A stretch of 53,207 nucleotides of DNA from Syntrophales bacterium (lineage in GTDB: Bacteria; Desulfobacterota; Desulfobaccia; Desulfobaccales; 0-14-0-80-60-11). The stretch's first letter is position 1; each line of letters begins with the position of its first letter. A program made the translations under genes and the position numbers. The notes under the pieces were generated by a model, which was not told the origin of the DNA, made no database searches, and saw only the letters and a list, made by a program, of their open reading frames with translations. The DNA is taken from the NCBI GenBank assembly GCA_028688935.1, contig JAQTXE010000001.1, positions 1-53,207 on the forward strand. The letters are read 5' to 3'. Shown piece by piece: positions 25,598 through 33,854 of the stretch.

Positions 25598-28309
25598 ATG
25601 GAAGTGACTAGTATAAAACGTTTCTCTTCCCGCCGCCAGCGTCTGGACCATGCCTTCCTCAGCGCCAAGCTAAAGAATGCGAAATCATACAAGCGCATCG
25701 CCGGCTACTTCCGCAGTTCCATCTTCGAGCTGGTTGGCGAAGAGATCGCCGCCATCCCCACGGTGCAAATCGTTTGCAATAGCGAGCTGGACGCGGCCGA
25801 CGTGGCTATTTCAAAGCATGTCCGGGAGACTGCGCTCAAGGAGCGTTGGAACGAAGCCTCCCCCGAGGTGGAGGCGCTGCTTCATCGGGATCGGTATCGC
25901 AAGCTATACGAACTGCTCAGCAGCGGCCGGGTAGAAATCCGGGTCGTTCCCAAGGATCGCGTCTTCATCCATGGAAAGGCCGGAGTAATTGAAGGCGCCG
26001 ATGGTTCGAAGACTTGCTTTCTCGGCTCAATCAATGAGACGAAAAGCGCTTTCTCAGAAAATTACGAGATCGTCTGGGAGGACCCATCACCTGAAGGTGT
26101 CGCCTGGGTCGAAGAAGAGTTCGAGGCCCTCTGGAAAGATGCCTATCCGCTACCCGAGGCCATTGTCGAAGAAATTAAGCGCATCGCCGACCGCATTCAG
26201 ATTCGCTTCGAAGATACAAAGGTCGATGACCTGCCAGCTGCGGCTCTGGCCGAGAGCCCGATCTATCGCGGCGGCGAACGGCTTCAGCCATGGCAACGAT
26301 CTTTCGTGACGATGTTCCTGAAACACCGGGAAAACTATGGTATGGCGCGTCTGCTGCTTGCTGACGAAGTGGGCCTCGGCAAGACATTGTCTCTTGCAGC
26401 CAGCGCCATCATATCGGTATTGCTTGATGACGGTCCGGTCCTCATTCTTTGCCCGTCGACATTGACGTTTCAGTGGCAGGTGGAACTCACAGACAAGCTC
26501 GGAATCCCGAGCGCAGTCTGGTTGTCTACTAAGAAAGTTTGGATTGATTCCAAAAGCCACATCATCAAAACACGGGGACCGGAAGACATCGCTCGCTGCC
26601 CATTTCGTATCGCCATTGTCTCTACCGGACTGATCTTTCACGAATCGGATGAACGCCAACTCCTGCTTGAACGCAAGTATGGCACTGTCGTCCTCGACGA
26701 GGCGCATAAGGCTCGTCGACGTGGTGGGCTTGGTGAGAAGAAACAGGAGCCTAACAACCTCCTCGACTTCATGCTCCGGATAGGGCCACGCACCAGAAAC
26801 CTGCTACTTGGGACGGCGACGCCCATTCAAACCGAGGTCTACGAACTTTGGGACTTGCTGCGCATCCTGAATGCAGGTGCGGACTTCGTGGTTGGTCGTG
26901 AGCTTTACGCACGCTGGCCTGATTGGGAAAAGGCGCTTCCCGTGGTAAAGGGCGACGAGATCCCACCAGACGAGAAAGACGCCTGGGAGTGGTTGAAGAA
27001 TCCTCTGCCGCCTGGGAGCGAAAACTCCCTATTCGCAACCCTGCGCCTCCAACTGGGACTCCCCGACCTATCCTTTTTCACAGATCGTGGGTTCGGGTCT
27101 TTGGGATTCCTTGAGCAGCAGGCGGTCGGCCAGGCCCTCTCACCAGGTTTTTTGCGCGAACACAACCCTATCGTGCGCCACACCGTGCTGCGCCGTCGGC
27201 AGACTCTGGAAGAAGCTGGTCTCCTTGAAAAGGTCGGCGTAAGTGTTCATCCCGATCCTGATACCCCTCCCACCTCGTATACGGGGGTTGGGTTTAGTGG
27301 CCTCGGCCTGATGACGAATCATCCCTTTGATCTCGCTTATCAGGCAGCCGAGGCGTTCACGGCAGCCTTGAAGAAGCGAACAAAAGCTGCCGGGTTCATG
27401 AGAACTTTGTTGTTACAACGTATTTGCTCGAGTTTTGCTTCTGGACGAGTCACTGCGGAGAAGATGCTGCAAAGAGAAATGCTTGAAGACGAGGAACAGG
27501 CGAAGATAATAGAAGAAGCCCTAAGTGCCCTTACGCCCGACGAGGCTGCACATCTGCACACTATTGTCGCAGAATTGTCCCGGCCGGAGGCACGCGATCC
27601 CAAGCTGGGCGCAGTCCGGTACTTCCTTACTGAGCATCGCACCAAAGGGAAGACCTGGCTTGAGCACGGCTGCATCATCTTTAGCCAGTATTACGACACG
27701 GCATATTTCGTTGGTTCAGAACTCGCAAAGTTGCTGCCGGGTGAACCCGTGGGCGTCTATGCGGGAACTGGTAAGAGTGGTCTATTTCGCGGTGATGACT
27801 TTGCTTCCGTCGAGCGTGAAGACATCAAGGCGGCCGTCAAGAAGCGTGAAATCCGCCTTCTTGTGGCCACGGATGCTGCATGCGAGGGCTTGAATCTGCA
27901 AACTCTTGGTACGCTGATCAATGTCGACCTACCTTGGAATCCTTCGCGACTCGAACAGCGGCTGGGCCGGATTAAGAGGTTCGGTCAAGCACGCCGAACG
28001 GTGGATATGCTCAATCTAGTCTATCACGAGACCCAGGATGAGAAGGTCTACCAGGTCCTATCACGCCGGATGAAGGACCGCTACGATATCTTTGGCGGGC
28101 TGCCAGATACCATTGAGGACGATTGGATCGAGACTGTAGAAAAGCTCGAAGAAATGATGGATGAGTATATCCATCTCCGGGGGCAAGCACGCGACGTCTT
28201 CGAGATGCGATATCAGACCACTATTGATCCCGACAAGGATCGTTGGGAACTATGTTCGAGGGTGCTGGCCCGGAGGGATATTATTGATCGTCTTTCGATA
28301 CCATGGTAG
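25598..28309 (+). CDS. PLD(HKD)-like nuclease domain fused to an SNF2-family helicase
   Basis: 903 aa. N-terminal IAGYFRSS...FIHGKAGVIEG...FLGSINET (HKD-like). SNF2 motifs LLADEVGLGKTL, VVLDEAHKARR, LLLGTATPIQ, LLVATDAACEGLNLQ, NVDLPWNPSRLEQRLGRIKRFGQ. Confidence 0.8.
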   Translation: MEVTSIKRFSSRRQRLDHAFLSAKLKNAKSYKRIAGYFRSSIFELVGEEIAAIPTVQIVCNSELDAADVAISKHVRETALKERWNEASPEVEALLHRDRYRKLYELLSSGRVEIRVVPKDRVFIHGKAGVIEGADGSKTCFLGSINETKSAFSENYEIVWEDPSPEGVAWVEEEFEALWKDAYPLPEAIVEEIKRIADRIQIRFEDTKVDDLPAAALAESPIYRGGERLQPWQRSFVTMFLKHRENYGMARLLLADEVGLGKTLSLAASAIISVLLDDGPVLILCPSTLTFQWQVELTDKLGIPSAVWLSTKKVWIDSKSHIIKTRGPEDIARCPFRIAIVSTGLIFHESDERQLLLERKYGTVVLDEAHKARRRGGLGEKKQEPNNLLDFMLRIGPRTRNLLLGTATPIQTEVYELWDLLRILNAGADFVVGRELYARWPDWEKALPVVKGDEIPPDEKDAWEWLKNPLPPGSENSLFATLRLQLGLPDLSFFTDRGFGSLGFLEQQAVGQALSPGFLREHNPIVRHTVLRRRQTLEEAGLLEKVGVSVHPDPDTPPTSYTGVGFSGLGLMTNHPFDLAYQAAEAFTAALKKRTKAAGFMRTLLLQRICSSFASGRVTAEKMLQREMLEDEEQAKIIEEALSALTPDEAAHLHTIVAELSRPEARDPKLGAVRYFLTEHRTKGKTWLEHGCIIFSQYYDTAYFVGSELAKLLPGEPVGVYAGTGKSGLFRGDDFASVEREDIKAAVKKREIRLLVATDAACEGLNLQTLGTLINVDLPWNPSRLEQRLGRIKRFGQARRTVDMLNLVYHETQDEKVYQVLSRRMKDRYDIFGGLPDTIEDDWIETVEKLEEMMDEYIHLRGQARDVFEMRYQTTIDPDKDRWELCSRVLARRDIIDRLSIPW

Positions 28310-28403
28310 TGCTTCGTTAGATATATGATGTGTTGCCTCACCCCCCGGAACTTCAACTCTTAAAGACATAGCAAAAGTATACCAAATGTAGAATTGCCGA
28401 AAT

Positions 28404-28453
28404 CCCTTCCCCCTATATGATGTGAGTAGGTTCGCATCATACAGGGGGAAGGG
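28404..28453 (+). promoter_or_regulatory. 19-bp imperfect inverted repeat (stem-loop) covering the purine-rich SD region just upstream of the portal GTG start
   Basis: Left arm cccttccccctatatgatg (28404-28422), 12-nt loop, right arm catcatacagggggaaggg (28435-28453). 18 of 19 positions are complementary. GTG at 28456. Confidence 0.5.
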
Positions 28454-28455
28454 TA

Positions 28456-30564
28456 GTGCAAGCGCTCATCAGCCGGGGAATCACCCGCCTCATCAGGACC
28501 GGCAGCAACCTGATCTACAGGGAAGCTCCGGCCCTGCCCACCTTTCCCGAGACGGACCGTCTCTTTTTTCTTTCCCCCCACCTACTCATGGCCCATTTGC
28601 GGCAGGGCGGCCTGACGCATCCTTACAAGGATCACGTCTGGGTCTATTCCTGCGTCAATGCCATCGCCCAGAACCTCATGGGCATCCCCATGCTCTTTTT
28701 CACCGGCAGCCGCAAGGACAAGAAGCTGGTGGAAGCAGGTCCCCTGGTGCAGCTCTTCGAGACGCCTAACCCGATGATGTCCGGGGCCCAGCTCATCGAG
28801 GCCACCTTCATCTACCTGGGGCTGTGCGGCGAGGCTTTCTATATTGCCGAGCGAAAGAACCCCAGAGAGGTTCCCAAGGAACTCTGGACCTTCCATCCCA
28901 ACCGTTTCAAGGAAGTGGTGGACAAAGATACCGGCCTGATCGCCGGCTGGACTTACGAGAAGGGCGGCAAGAAGATTCCTTTCGAGGCCCACGAGATCAT
29001 CTTCTTCCGCTACTTCAACCCCTACCATGACTACCGGGGGTTGGCGCCCTTGCAGGCGGCCCAGGCGGGGATCGACCAAGACTTCTGGGCCAGCCGTTAT
29101 AACGCCGCGTTCTTTAAGAACAATGCCCAGCCGGGCGGGATCCTGGAGACCTCGGCCAACCTGGGGGACGAGGAATTCAAGCGCCTGTTGGCCCAGTGGA
29201 ACGACCGCCACCAGGGGGCGAGCAAGGCCCACGCCATTGCGCTGCTTGAAGGCGGGGTCACTTACAAGCAGACGGGGCTCTCCCAGAAGGACATGGACTT
29301 CCTGGAGCAGCGCAAGTTCAACCGGGAAGAGATCATGGCTGCGTTCAAGGTGCCCAAGAGCGAACTTGGCATCTACGAGGATCTGAACTTCGCCACCGCC
29401 AAGACCCAGGACCGGGTCTTCTGGACCAAGACGCTCCTTCCCAAGATGGCGCTCTTCGAGTTCGTCGTCTGGCACCAACTCTGCGCTAAACTCTCCGGCC
29501 CGGAGACCTGGGCCGAGTTCGACCGCACCGCGGTGGACGCCCTCAAAGAAGACTTGAAAGAGATGTTGGAGGCAGGCCAGAAGGTCTGGCAGATGGGCGT
29601 CCCTTTTAACGTGGTGAACGAGACCCTGAACCTGGGTTTCCCCAAGGTGGAAGGCGGCGATGTGGGGTATCTGCCGTTCAATATGATGCCGGTGGGCAGC
29701 CAGGGTCTTCCCGATTCCTCTCCTTCCGCAGCCGTTCCCCCCTCGCAACCGGAGAAGGCGGCCGGTTTACCCCCCTTGCCGGCCGCCTCTCTCCATCTTC
29801 CCGGGCCTCAAGTCATCGTTCGCCGGAGCTCGGACCCCAGGGTTTCCTGGGAGCAGTACCACCACCTGTGGGCCGCCTTGATGGAGAAATTCAGGGAGAA
29901 GATGGTGCGATTTTTCTCCTGGCAGGAGGAACTCCAGATCAAGCTGCTGGCAGAGAAACTGGCCAAGGCCCGGCTCCGGGAATACATGGCGGAAGACCTG
30001 CTTTTTGACTTAGAAGAAGCCAACGAAATTTTAAAGAAGCTGGCCTGGCCCCTGTATCTCACCATCGGCACCGAGGCCGGAAAGGCACTGTTTGTGGAAC
30101 TGGGGGCCGCCCCTGCCAACTTCGTCCTGGCGGACACCGCGGCCATTCAGGTCTTGAAGGACAAGCTCATCAAGGTCACCAGGATCAACGACTACACCCG
30201 GGAAAAACTCCGAGAGACGCTGCTGGAAGGACTGGCCAAGACAGAAACGGTGGGCGAGCTGCAGCAGCGAGTGAAAAAACTATTCAAAAGCTCTGAAGCC
30301 CGGAGCCTCAAGATCGCCCGCTCGGAGACCGGCCAGGCCGCGGCCCCGGCCCGGGATGCGGCCATGACGGAACTGGGAATCGAGAAGATCCAGTGGTGGA
30401 CGGCCGGGGACACTGAGGTGCGGGAGACCCATCAGTTCCTGGAAGGCATGGTGGTGCCCCGGGGGATGCCCTTTCCCAACGGTTGCCTTTATCCCTGCGA
30501 CCCCGGTGGGCCGGCGGAGCAGATCATCAACTGCCGCTGTGTGGCCGTGCCCGTCATCGACTAG
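28456..30564 (+). CDS. Phage portal protein (HK97 family) fused to a C-terminal MuF/SPP1-gp7-like head-morphogenesis domain
   Basis: 702 aa. Portal-like VWVYSCVNAIAQNLMGIPMLFF, LCGEAFYIAER, GGILE...QWNDRHQG, FKVPKSELG. C-terminal IQWWTAGDTEVRETHQFLEGMVV...PCDPGGPAEQIINCRCV is the MuF-domain signature. The start (GTG 28456) is uncertain. Confidence 0.8.
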   Translation: MQALISRGITRLIRTGSNLIYREAPALPTFPETDRLFFLSPHLLMAHLRQGGLTHPYKDHVWVYSCVNAIAQNLMGIPMLFFTGSRKDKKLVEAGPLVQLFETPNPMMSGAQLIEATFIYLGLCGEAFYIAERKNPREVPKELWTFHPNRFKEVVDKDTGLIAGWTYEKGGKKIPFEAHEIIFFRYFNPYHDYRGLAPLQAAQAGIDQDFWASRYNAAFFKNNAQPGGILETSANLGDEEFKRLLAQWNDRHQGASKAHAIALLEGGVTYKQTGLSQKDMDFLEQRKFNREEIMAAFKVPKSELGIYEDLNFATAKTQDRVFWTKTLLPKMALFEFVVWHQLCAKLSGPETWAEFDRTAVDALKEDLKEMLEAGQKVWQMGVPFNVVNETLNLGFPKVEGGDVGYLPFNMMPVGSQGLPDSSPSAAVPPSQPEKAAGLPPLPAASLHLPGPQVIVRRSSDPRVSWEQYHHLWAALMEKFREKMVRFFSWQEELQIKLLAEKLAKARLREYMAEDLLFDLEEANEILKKLAWPLYLTIGTEAGKALFVELGAAPANFVLADTAAIQVLKDKLIKVTRINDYTREKLRETLLEGLAKTETVGELQQRVKKLFKSSEARSLKIARSETGQAAAPARDAAMTELGIEKIQWWTAGDTEVRETHQFLEGMVVPRGMPFPNGCLYPCDPGGPAEQIINCRCVAVPVID

Positions 30565-30574
30565 GAGGAAGAAT

Positions 30575-31699
30575 ATGGCTGAAGCCGCCATTAATCGGGA
30601 AAAGAATCCAACTTTCCATAAGGCTCTCGACATCCAGGTCCGCCAAGTGGGGGACCCCGCCGAGCGGGTCCTGGAGTTCATCGCTTCCACCGCCCAGGTG
30701 GACCGCTACGGCGACATCATCGAGGTGGAAGGCTGGGAGCTGGACAACTGGCTGAAGGTGCCGGTGATCCTCTACGGCCATGATTACGGCGGGTTTCCCA
30801 TCGGCCAGGGAGTGAGCGCCATCAAAGACCCACTCCGGGGCCTGGTGATTCAGGCCAAATTCGCCACCGCCCAGGAAAACCCGGAGGCCGACATTGCCTA
30901 CCGTCTGGCCTTGGGCGGCTATATCCGGGCGGTCTCGGTGGGGTTCATGGACCTGGAGAGGGAGCCCATCTTGGATAATGAGGGGAACCGTACAGGCTGG
31001 CGCTTCAAGCGGGCGGAGTTGCTGGAGGTGTCGCTGGTGGCCGTGCCCGCTAACCCCGGGGCGCTCATCGTGCCGGTGCAAAAGGGCCTCCTGACCCAGG
31101 AAGAAGCCGAGGCCTTCCAGGCCAAGATGCAGGAGGCAGCTGAGGAAAGCCAAGAGCAACAAGGCGACGATGCTCCCGAAAATAAGAAGCATGACGACCT
31201 GAACCAGCGCCTCATTGCTCTGGGCCTGCCGCCTACAGAGGGGAACGGGGACTGCTCCGGGACACTCTTAGCCCTGTGCGACCTGGCGGAGGACCAGCGC
31301 CGGGAAATCGAGGAACTTCGGTCCAAGGCCACCCTCAAGGTCGACCTATCGCTGTCGGAGGAACAACTGACGGAGATCAGGGAGCAATGGGAGGCTTTGC
31401 TCCGGGGGTTTAAAGCTGACATCCCGCTTCTGATGGTCAAGGCCGGGGCGGTTTTGAGCGCCAAGAACAAGGCGGCACTGGCAGAAGCCCGGGACCGTAT
31501 CCAGGCGGTGCTGGATGCCGCCGAAGGTTCGGGCCAGGAAGAGGGCAAAACCAAAATCACCGATTACTACTCCCTGGCCATGGACCCGGAGAGCGAAGTT
31601 CCCGGAAACTCGACCGGGGATGACCCGGATCTGAACAAAATCTTCGAGCTGACCCAAGAAGTGGCCAAAATCTTCAAGCTGCCCGCCGCTGCGGGCTAA
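30575..31699 (+). CDS. HK97-family prohead protease with C-terminal coiled-coil (scaffold-like) region
   Basis: ATG 30575 after AGGAGGAAG. LEFIASTAQVDRYGDII, VPVILYGHD, VSVGF, ELLEVSLVAVPANPGA. The C-terminal half is charged and helical. Confidence 0.8.
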   Translation: MAEAAINREKNPTFHKALDIQVRQVGDPAERVLEFIASTAQVDRYGDIIEVEGWELDNWLKVPVILYGHDYGGFPIGQGVSAIKDPLRGLVIQAKFATAQENPEADIAYRLALGGYIRAVSVGFMDLEREPILDNEGNRTGWRFKRAELLEVSLVAVPANPGALIVPVQKGLLTQEEAEAFQAKMQEAAEESQEQQGDDAPENKKHDDLNQRLIALGLPPTEGNGDCSGTLLALCDLAEDQRREIEELRSKATLKVDLSLSEEQLTEIREQWEALLRGFKADIPLLMVKAGAVLSAKNKAALAEARDRIQAVLDAAEGSGQEEGKTKITDYYSLAMDPESEVPGNSTGDDPDLNKIFELTQEVAKIFKLPAAAG

Positions 31700-31711
31700 A
31701 GGAGGACGGAC

Positions 31712-32944
31712 ATGGGCGAGCCTGCCATCAACGTGCAGATCAAAGAGTTGCTGGAGGACATCAACAAAAACCTCAAGACCACGGACGGCGAGGGCCGGGT
31801 GATCACCATCGCCGAGGCTTTCAAGACCATCCAGGGGCTCTCCGAGAAATACGCCGACCTGGAAAAGAGGTTTGCGGAGCTGGATGAAAAGTACCGTTCC
31901 CGCAAATGGGCCAACCTCCCCGGCCTGGAAGACGAACAAAAGAAGTTCTCCTTGTTCAAGGCGGTCAACGCCATCATGAACAAGAACTGGAAGGGCGCGG
32001 AGCTGGAGGAGGAGGTCTTCCGGCAGACCCGGGCCATGTCCGCAGGGGATGACGCCGCGGGCGGCTACCTGGTGCCGGCCCAGGCCGTGCCGGAGCTCAT
32101 CGAGTTACTCAGGGCCGAGGCGGTGTGCATCCGCATGGGGGCCCGGGTGATTGACAACCTGATGGGCTCGCCGGTGGAATTCCCCAAGCAGACGGGCGGG
32201 GCCGTGGCCTACTGGGTGGGGGAAAACGCGGCCATTCCTCCCAGCCAGGCCACTCTCGGCCAGTTGCAGATGACCCCCAAGTCGGTGACCGCCCTGGTGC
32301 AGCTCTCGAACCGCCTGATCCGCATGTCCAACCCCTCGGCGGAACAGATGGTCAGGCAGGACGTGGCCATCGCCCTGGGGCTGGCCATCGACATGGCGGC
32401 TCTCCGGGGGACCGGCACCGACGACCAGCCCTTGGGCATCGCCAACACCCCGGGCATCAACAACGTCATCCTGGGGCCGAACGGGGGTCTCGCCGACTTC
32501 GATACCTTCACGGACATGGAATACGAACTTAGCGTGGACAATGCGCTCCGGGGCAAGCTGGGGTTCGTGTTCCACCCGGCTATCCGCAGGCGGCTCAAGA
32601 AGCTCAAGATCGCCCAGTTCAGCGGCGACCTCTCCGGCGAATACATCCTGGCGCCCTTCAGCGACGCCCAGCTGGAAGCGTATCTCGGTTACCGCTTCGG
32701 CATGACCACCCAGGTACCGGTAAACCTAGTGAAGGGCACTTCCAACAATTGCACCGAGCTCTTCTTCGCCAACTGGGCGGAGCTCTTGATCGGCCAATGG
32801 GCGGGGTTTCAGATCCTGGCCTCGGACCAGGCGGGCACCGCGTTCGCGGCCAACCAGACCTGGATCCGGATCATCGCCGACGTGGACATCGGCCTCCGGC
32901 ACACCGAGAGTTTTTGCCTGTGCAGCGACGCCAAGATCGCCTAA
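31712..32944 (+). CDS. Major capsid protein, HK97 fold, with N-terminal delta-like coiled-coil
   Basis: 410 aa with an AAGGAGG RBS. GGYLVPAQAVPELIELLR, QLQMTPKSVTALVQLSNRL, LGLAIDMAALRGTG. Positioned directly after the protease. Confidence 0.85.
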   Translation: MGEPAINVQIKELLEDINKNLKTTDGEGRVITIAEAFKTIQGLSEKYADLEKRFAELDEKYRSRKWANLPGLEDEQKKFSLFKAVNAIMNKNWKGAELEEEVFRQTRAMSAGDDAAGGYLVPAQAVPELIELLRAEAVCIRMGARVIDNLMGSPVEFPKQTGGAVAYWVGENAAIPPSQATLGQLQMTPKSVTALVQLSNRLIRMSNPSAEQMVRQDVAIALGLAIDMAALRGTGTDDQPLGIANTPGINNVILGPNGGLADFDTFTDMEYELSVDNALRGKLGFVFHPAIRRRLKKLKIAQFSGDLSGEYILAPFSDAQLEAYLGYRFGMTTQVPVNLVKGTSNNCTELFFANWAELLIGQWAGFQILASDQAGTAFAANQTWIRIIADVDIGLRHTESFCLCSDAKIA

Positions 32945-32950
32945 TTGCCG

Positions 32951-32976
32951 GGGAGCCGGTAATTCCGGCTCCCTTT
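32951..32976 (+). terminator. Intrinsic terminator/attenuator after the major capsid gene
   Basis: Perfect 9-bp stem gggagccgg (32951-32959) / ccggctccc (32965-32973), 5-nt loop taatt, then TTT. Confidence 0.5.
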
Positions 32977-32995
32977 CACATATGAGGAGTCGACC

Positions 32996-33244
32996 ATGCA
33001 ATACCGGGTTAGAGACGCATACGTGGTGCACCTGGGGAAGGGGAACGTCTTGAAGGCAGGCGAAGTGTTCGAACCCACCCCCAAGGTCCTTCAGGAGCAG
33101 GGCTGGAAGATTGAGCCGGTCAATGGGGAGCCGCAACCGGGCAAAAACGATAAGCCTGATCCCGCCGCCAAGCCCGAAACCAAGGAGGTGCCGGAGCCCC
33201 CGAAGGACCGGGCCATGAAGAAGGACGAAGCCCAGACCAAGTAG
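32996..33244 (+). CDS. Small hypothetical head-module protein with Pro/Lys/Glu-rich tail
   Basis: 82 aa with a GAGGAG RBS, in an intergenic slot between capsid and connector genes. No recognisable motif. Confidence 0.5.
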   Translation: MQYRVRDAYVVHLGKGNVLKAGEVFEPTPKVLQEQGWKIEPVNGEPQPGKNDKPDPAAKPETKEVPEPPKDRAMKKDEAQTK

Positions 33245-33251
33245 ACACCTT

Positions 33252-33854
33252 ATGTACCTGACTACCCTGGAGAAGGTCAAAACCCTGCTGCAAGGCGATA
33301 CGCCTTTGGGACCCGAGGCAGATGATCTGCTTTCCTGGCTGATCACCGCGGTTTCCAAGAGGGTCGAGGCCTTTTGCAACCGAGAGTTCGAGAAAAAGGA
33401 GAGAGCGGAGTTCCATGACGGCGGCGGCCGGTACATCTATCTCCGGGCCCTGCCGGTGGCGGAAATCGCCTCCATCATCTGCTCCGACACCTGGGACTGG
33501 GATGCCGCTTCTCCCTTGAGTGGTACCAGCTACGCCTTTGATGGGGCCACGGGCATGATGCTCTACCGGGGCGGGGAGTGGCCTTACGGAGAAGGGGCCG
33601 TCCGGGTGACTTATACCGGGGGCTTTGATCCCTTCTTGGAGGAAGGAGCCGAACCTCCTGAAGGATACACCCCCATTCCAGAGGATTTGCAACAGGCGGT
33701 CTGCACCCAGGTGGCCTACGAGTATCGCCGCCGGAACGACCCTGGGCTCCAGGCCGTGTCCTTCCCGGACGGCTCCATCCAGAAGATGGACGTGGGGGAG
33801 TTTTTATCGATGGTGAAAACCACCTTGCTCCGTTACCGCAGGAGGCCCGGCTGA
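33252..33854 (+). CDS. Head-tail connector / DNA-packaging protein (gp6-like)
   Basis: 200 aa. The N-terminal LTTLEKVKTLLQGDT...DDLLSWLITAVSKRVEAFCNREF is the typical gp6-like head-tail connector opening. The position also fits. Confidence 0.55.
   Translation: MYLTTLEKVKTLLQGDTPLGPEADDLLSWLITAVSKRVEAFCNREFEKKERAEFHDGGGRYIYLRALPVAEIASIICSDTWDWDAASPLSGTSYAFDGATGMMLYRGGEWPYGEGAVRVTYTGGFDPFLEEGAEPPEGYTPIPEDLQQAVCTQVAYEYRRRNDPGLQAVSFPDGSIQKMDVGEFLSMVKTTLLRYRRRPG

Larger units (their letters stand above)
5094..28403. other. Accessory defence-type island (13 genes, compositionally mosaic, no integrase/transposase) between the phage early module and the portal gene
   Basis: Gene content is helicase-nuclease, EEP operon, Septu-like pair, metabolic trio and the DUF499/DUF1156 cassette. 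Hand GC counts of 60-nt lines: 14/60 at 14701, 19/60 at 13021, 29/60 at 6001 and 10261, versus 40/60 in the backbone at 29041. Confidence 0.8.

Noticed and set aside
28404-28453. The 19-bp stem-loop read as a rho-independent terminator of the island's last operon.
   Set aside because: There is no convincing U-tract after the stem on either strand (tagtgcaag on +, atttcgg on -). I kept it as a possible translational or structural element instead.
5080-28460. Direct or inverted repeats flanking the 23-kb island (att-like sites).
   Set aside because: Comparing 5080-5130 with 28310-28460 by eye showed no shared run of 8 nt or longer. Short or degenerate repeats cannot be excluded without an alignment.
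28582-29748. 388-aa ORF antisense to the portal gene, plus similar long antisense or out-of-frame ORFs (for example 30554-31192, 31346-31939, 34681-35973, 37508-38647, 43213-43821, 44729-45367, 48987-49958).
   Set aside because: All lie opposite or inside strongly supported phage genes, in roughly 60-67% GC DNA where stop codons are rare in alternative frames. Their translations are Gly/Arg/Pro/Leu-rich low complexity without motifs or RBS context.
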